Source: Sminthopsis crassicaudata | Taxonomy: Eukaryota | Direction: 5' to 3' | DNA: 64,000 bases | NCBI RefSeq assembly: GCF_048593235.1 | Contig: NC_133622.1 | Coordinates: 27,032,001-27,096,000, forward strand | Part shown: positions 62,129 through 64,000 of the stretch, piece after piece | Position numbering within the stretch: position 1 is the first letter of the stretch | Layout of the letters: every line of letters begins with the position of its first letter | Program-made: the position numbers and the translations under genes | The notes under the pieces: generated by a model | Told to the model about the DNA's origin: nothing | The model's database searches: none | What the model saw: the letters and a program-made list of their open reading frames with translations, nothing else

Positions 62129-63105
62129 GATATTAAAATTTCTAAAAATTGTTTATCTTCCCATCCTGCTTCAATATTAATGCCTCAGACTAAAATAACA
62201 CTAAACTACAAACACACACACCCCTCTCCCAGAACAGGCTTCAAAGGGAAAAGAGATTAGGATCTTCTCTCAGCTCTCAGATAACCACTTATAATGTACT
62301 GGGAGAAATTTGTTGCTGAACACTGACGATCAATGGCAACAGAAAGTGTCAAGGAATTCACTTAAGCCTCAAATTTACATTTCTTCTTGTCCATACATAT
62401 ATCACGTTCTTATTACTCCCTGATTACTATCAAAGATTAGAGGACCTAGAGGGTAGAAAGGAGGTAAGGAAAGGAATAAAATAATGGTTTCAGTATCATT
62501 TTAATTAGAGATAAGGAAATAGGATGCTTTCTCCACAAATGCAGATTTAATCTGAATAAATATTTTTAAAAATTGAAATAACACAAAAATTTCAGATATT
62601 CCTTGAAAAGAACCAAAAAGGAACAAGCTTTACTGGCCAAACCTTATAAAATCACTAGATCTGGCTATCTGGGTAATAACCAGAAGGAAATTCTATCATG
62701 TAATATGAGTAACTGTTGTTTGGGCTTCACTCTGGAAGAGGACCGTGACATCAGGGAATTGATGCCAAGTGAATTGAAGTGAGAGCGGAAAAGTCTCACT
62801 TTCCCCTCCAGAGCCCTAGCTCCCAGGCCAGAAATGGATCAGGATGAGCAATGGCCCTGGATGACCAGGGAGATCTTGGCTTTTTGAAGCTAAGTTTTTT
62901 TTTGTTTTGTTTTGTTTTTCCAGGTCTCAGTTTGACTGAGTCAACACCCAATGAGTGATTCAGGCTAGGTGAGACATGAGGCACAGAAAGGCCAATCTGA
63001 GCAAGGCCAAACCCTCTGGGTTTCTGGCCAAAACAAGTGCTATTTACTTCTCTCTGAGCCAATCAGAACAAGTCAAACCAACTGGGCTCGGCCAATCAAC
63101 TAGTG

Positions 63106-63241
63106 CAGGGGTTCTCAAACTGGCCCGTGGCGGCCCAACGGGTGCTGGCAAATGGGCCGAGGGGCTGTTTTACTCTATCCGGCCCTCCCAGTCTGAGGGA
63201 CAATGAACTGGCCCCCTATTTAAAAAGTGTGAGGACCACTG
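63106..63241 (-). mobile_element. OC1-like hAT MITE, copy 4 (inverted, shortest)
   Basis: Begins CAGGGGTTCTCAAACT and ends GAGGACCACTG. Degenerate TSD AACTAGTG / GGCTAGAG. Confidence 0.88.
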
Positions 63242-64000
63242 GGCTAGAGCTAGGGCGATTTGGGTGTAAGGCACACTCCCTAGGAAAGGAAACTCCCACT
63301 TGAAGTATGGTTTCAAGCAGTGAATATTTTAAATGTGCGTCTTTAATAGCATCTTTGATTAAGATGACTGGTTCAAAAACGGTGCTCGCTAGTTCTCTGT
63401 ATGGAAAGGCGATCACTGCTTGTTTAAACAAATTATAGCATTATAAGATCCCATGGAGCAAGGGTCATAAGTGAAAGTGGGGGTGGGGCAGGGAACGGCA
63501 GCCCACCTTCAAGTCTTACATCCGGGCCCTAATTTCAAGGGCCTAACAACAATTTTTCTTCACTAATGGAAGCGCAGATTCCATCACAGGACTTTGAGTT
63601 CCAAATTTCACCTACAGTGTCTCCAACATCATTTTTCTTATACCTATTAAAGGTTTAGTCTAGACGCTGACAGTCATTAAGGGAAAACTATCACTGGATT
63701 ATTAAGCTACCATCAGTATAGTAAACCAACTCGTATTAAAAATGACCAGTCTCTGGAGGAAGCAGAAAAACACAAACATGTAAACACACGCACATAAATG
63801 TGTTTTAAAGAGCTATGTTTTAGTTTAAATAAAGCCCTGTCGGGGACCACAAACCAAAACTTTAACGCTTTAAATTTAAATCCAAGATAATTGGTTTGTC
63901 GGCGTATTCGAAGTATGAGAAAAGAACTGGAAATATGTGCTTCTTCCACCGGAGTTTATTTATATCCTACTTTCACGACCCACTTTTTAAACATTATGAA

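Noticed and set aside
1-64000. CRISPR arrays, rRNA genes, operons, intact viral or transposase ORFs
   Set aside because: None seen. The sequence is mammalian intron/exon DNA, and all mobile elements are truncated or non-autonomous.

Overview
Mammalian genomic DNA, AT-rich and CpG-depleted, with four N gaps. The repeat content (WSINE1-like and Mar1-like SINEs, marsupial-type L1 3' ends, OC1-like hAT MITEs) points to an Australian marsupial, probably a dasyurid; this is inferred, not proven. The only supportable gene is the 5' part of ARAP2 on the minus strand. I reconstructed five coding exons with GT-AG boundaries and consistent phases: 35297-34423, 24229-24174, 21045-20969, 15121-15030 and 11954-11601. 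They give 1454 nt (484 codons + 2 nt) running from the N-terminal SAM domain through the linker to the first strand of PH1. The next exon and exon 1 were not found in the window. The rest is intron, mostly L1, L2, CR1/L3, SINEs, solo LTRs, hAT MITEs, microsatellites and local duplications. I see no clearly new biological system. The best leads concern ARAP2 regulation and local DNA structure: an in-frame 69-nt candidate cassette exon, three uORFs with a TGATG stop/start overlap, a strikingly GC/CpG-rich first coding exon, an intronic inverted repeat with ~140-bp arms, serial fold-back palindromes in an L1, and a young solo LTR upstream. Exon numbers follow my recollection of the human gene model. 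Repeat-family names come from recalled consensus motifs and need a RepeatMasker/Dfam run.
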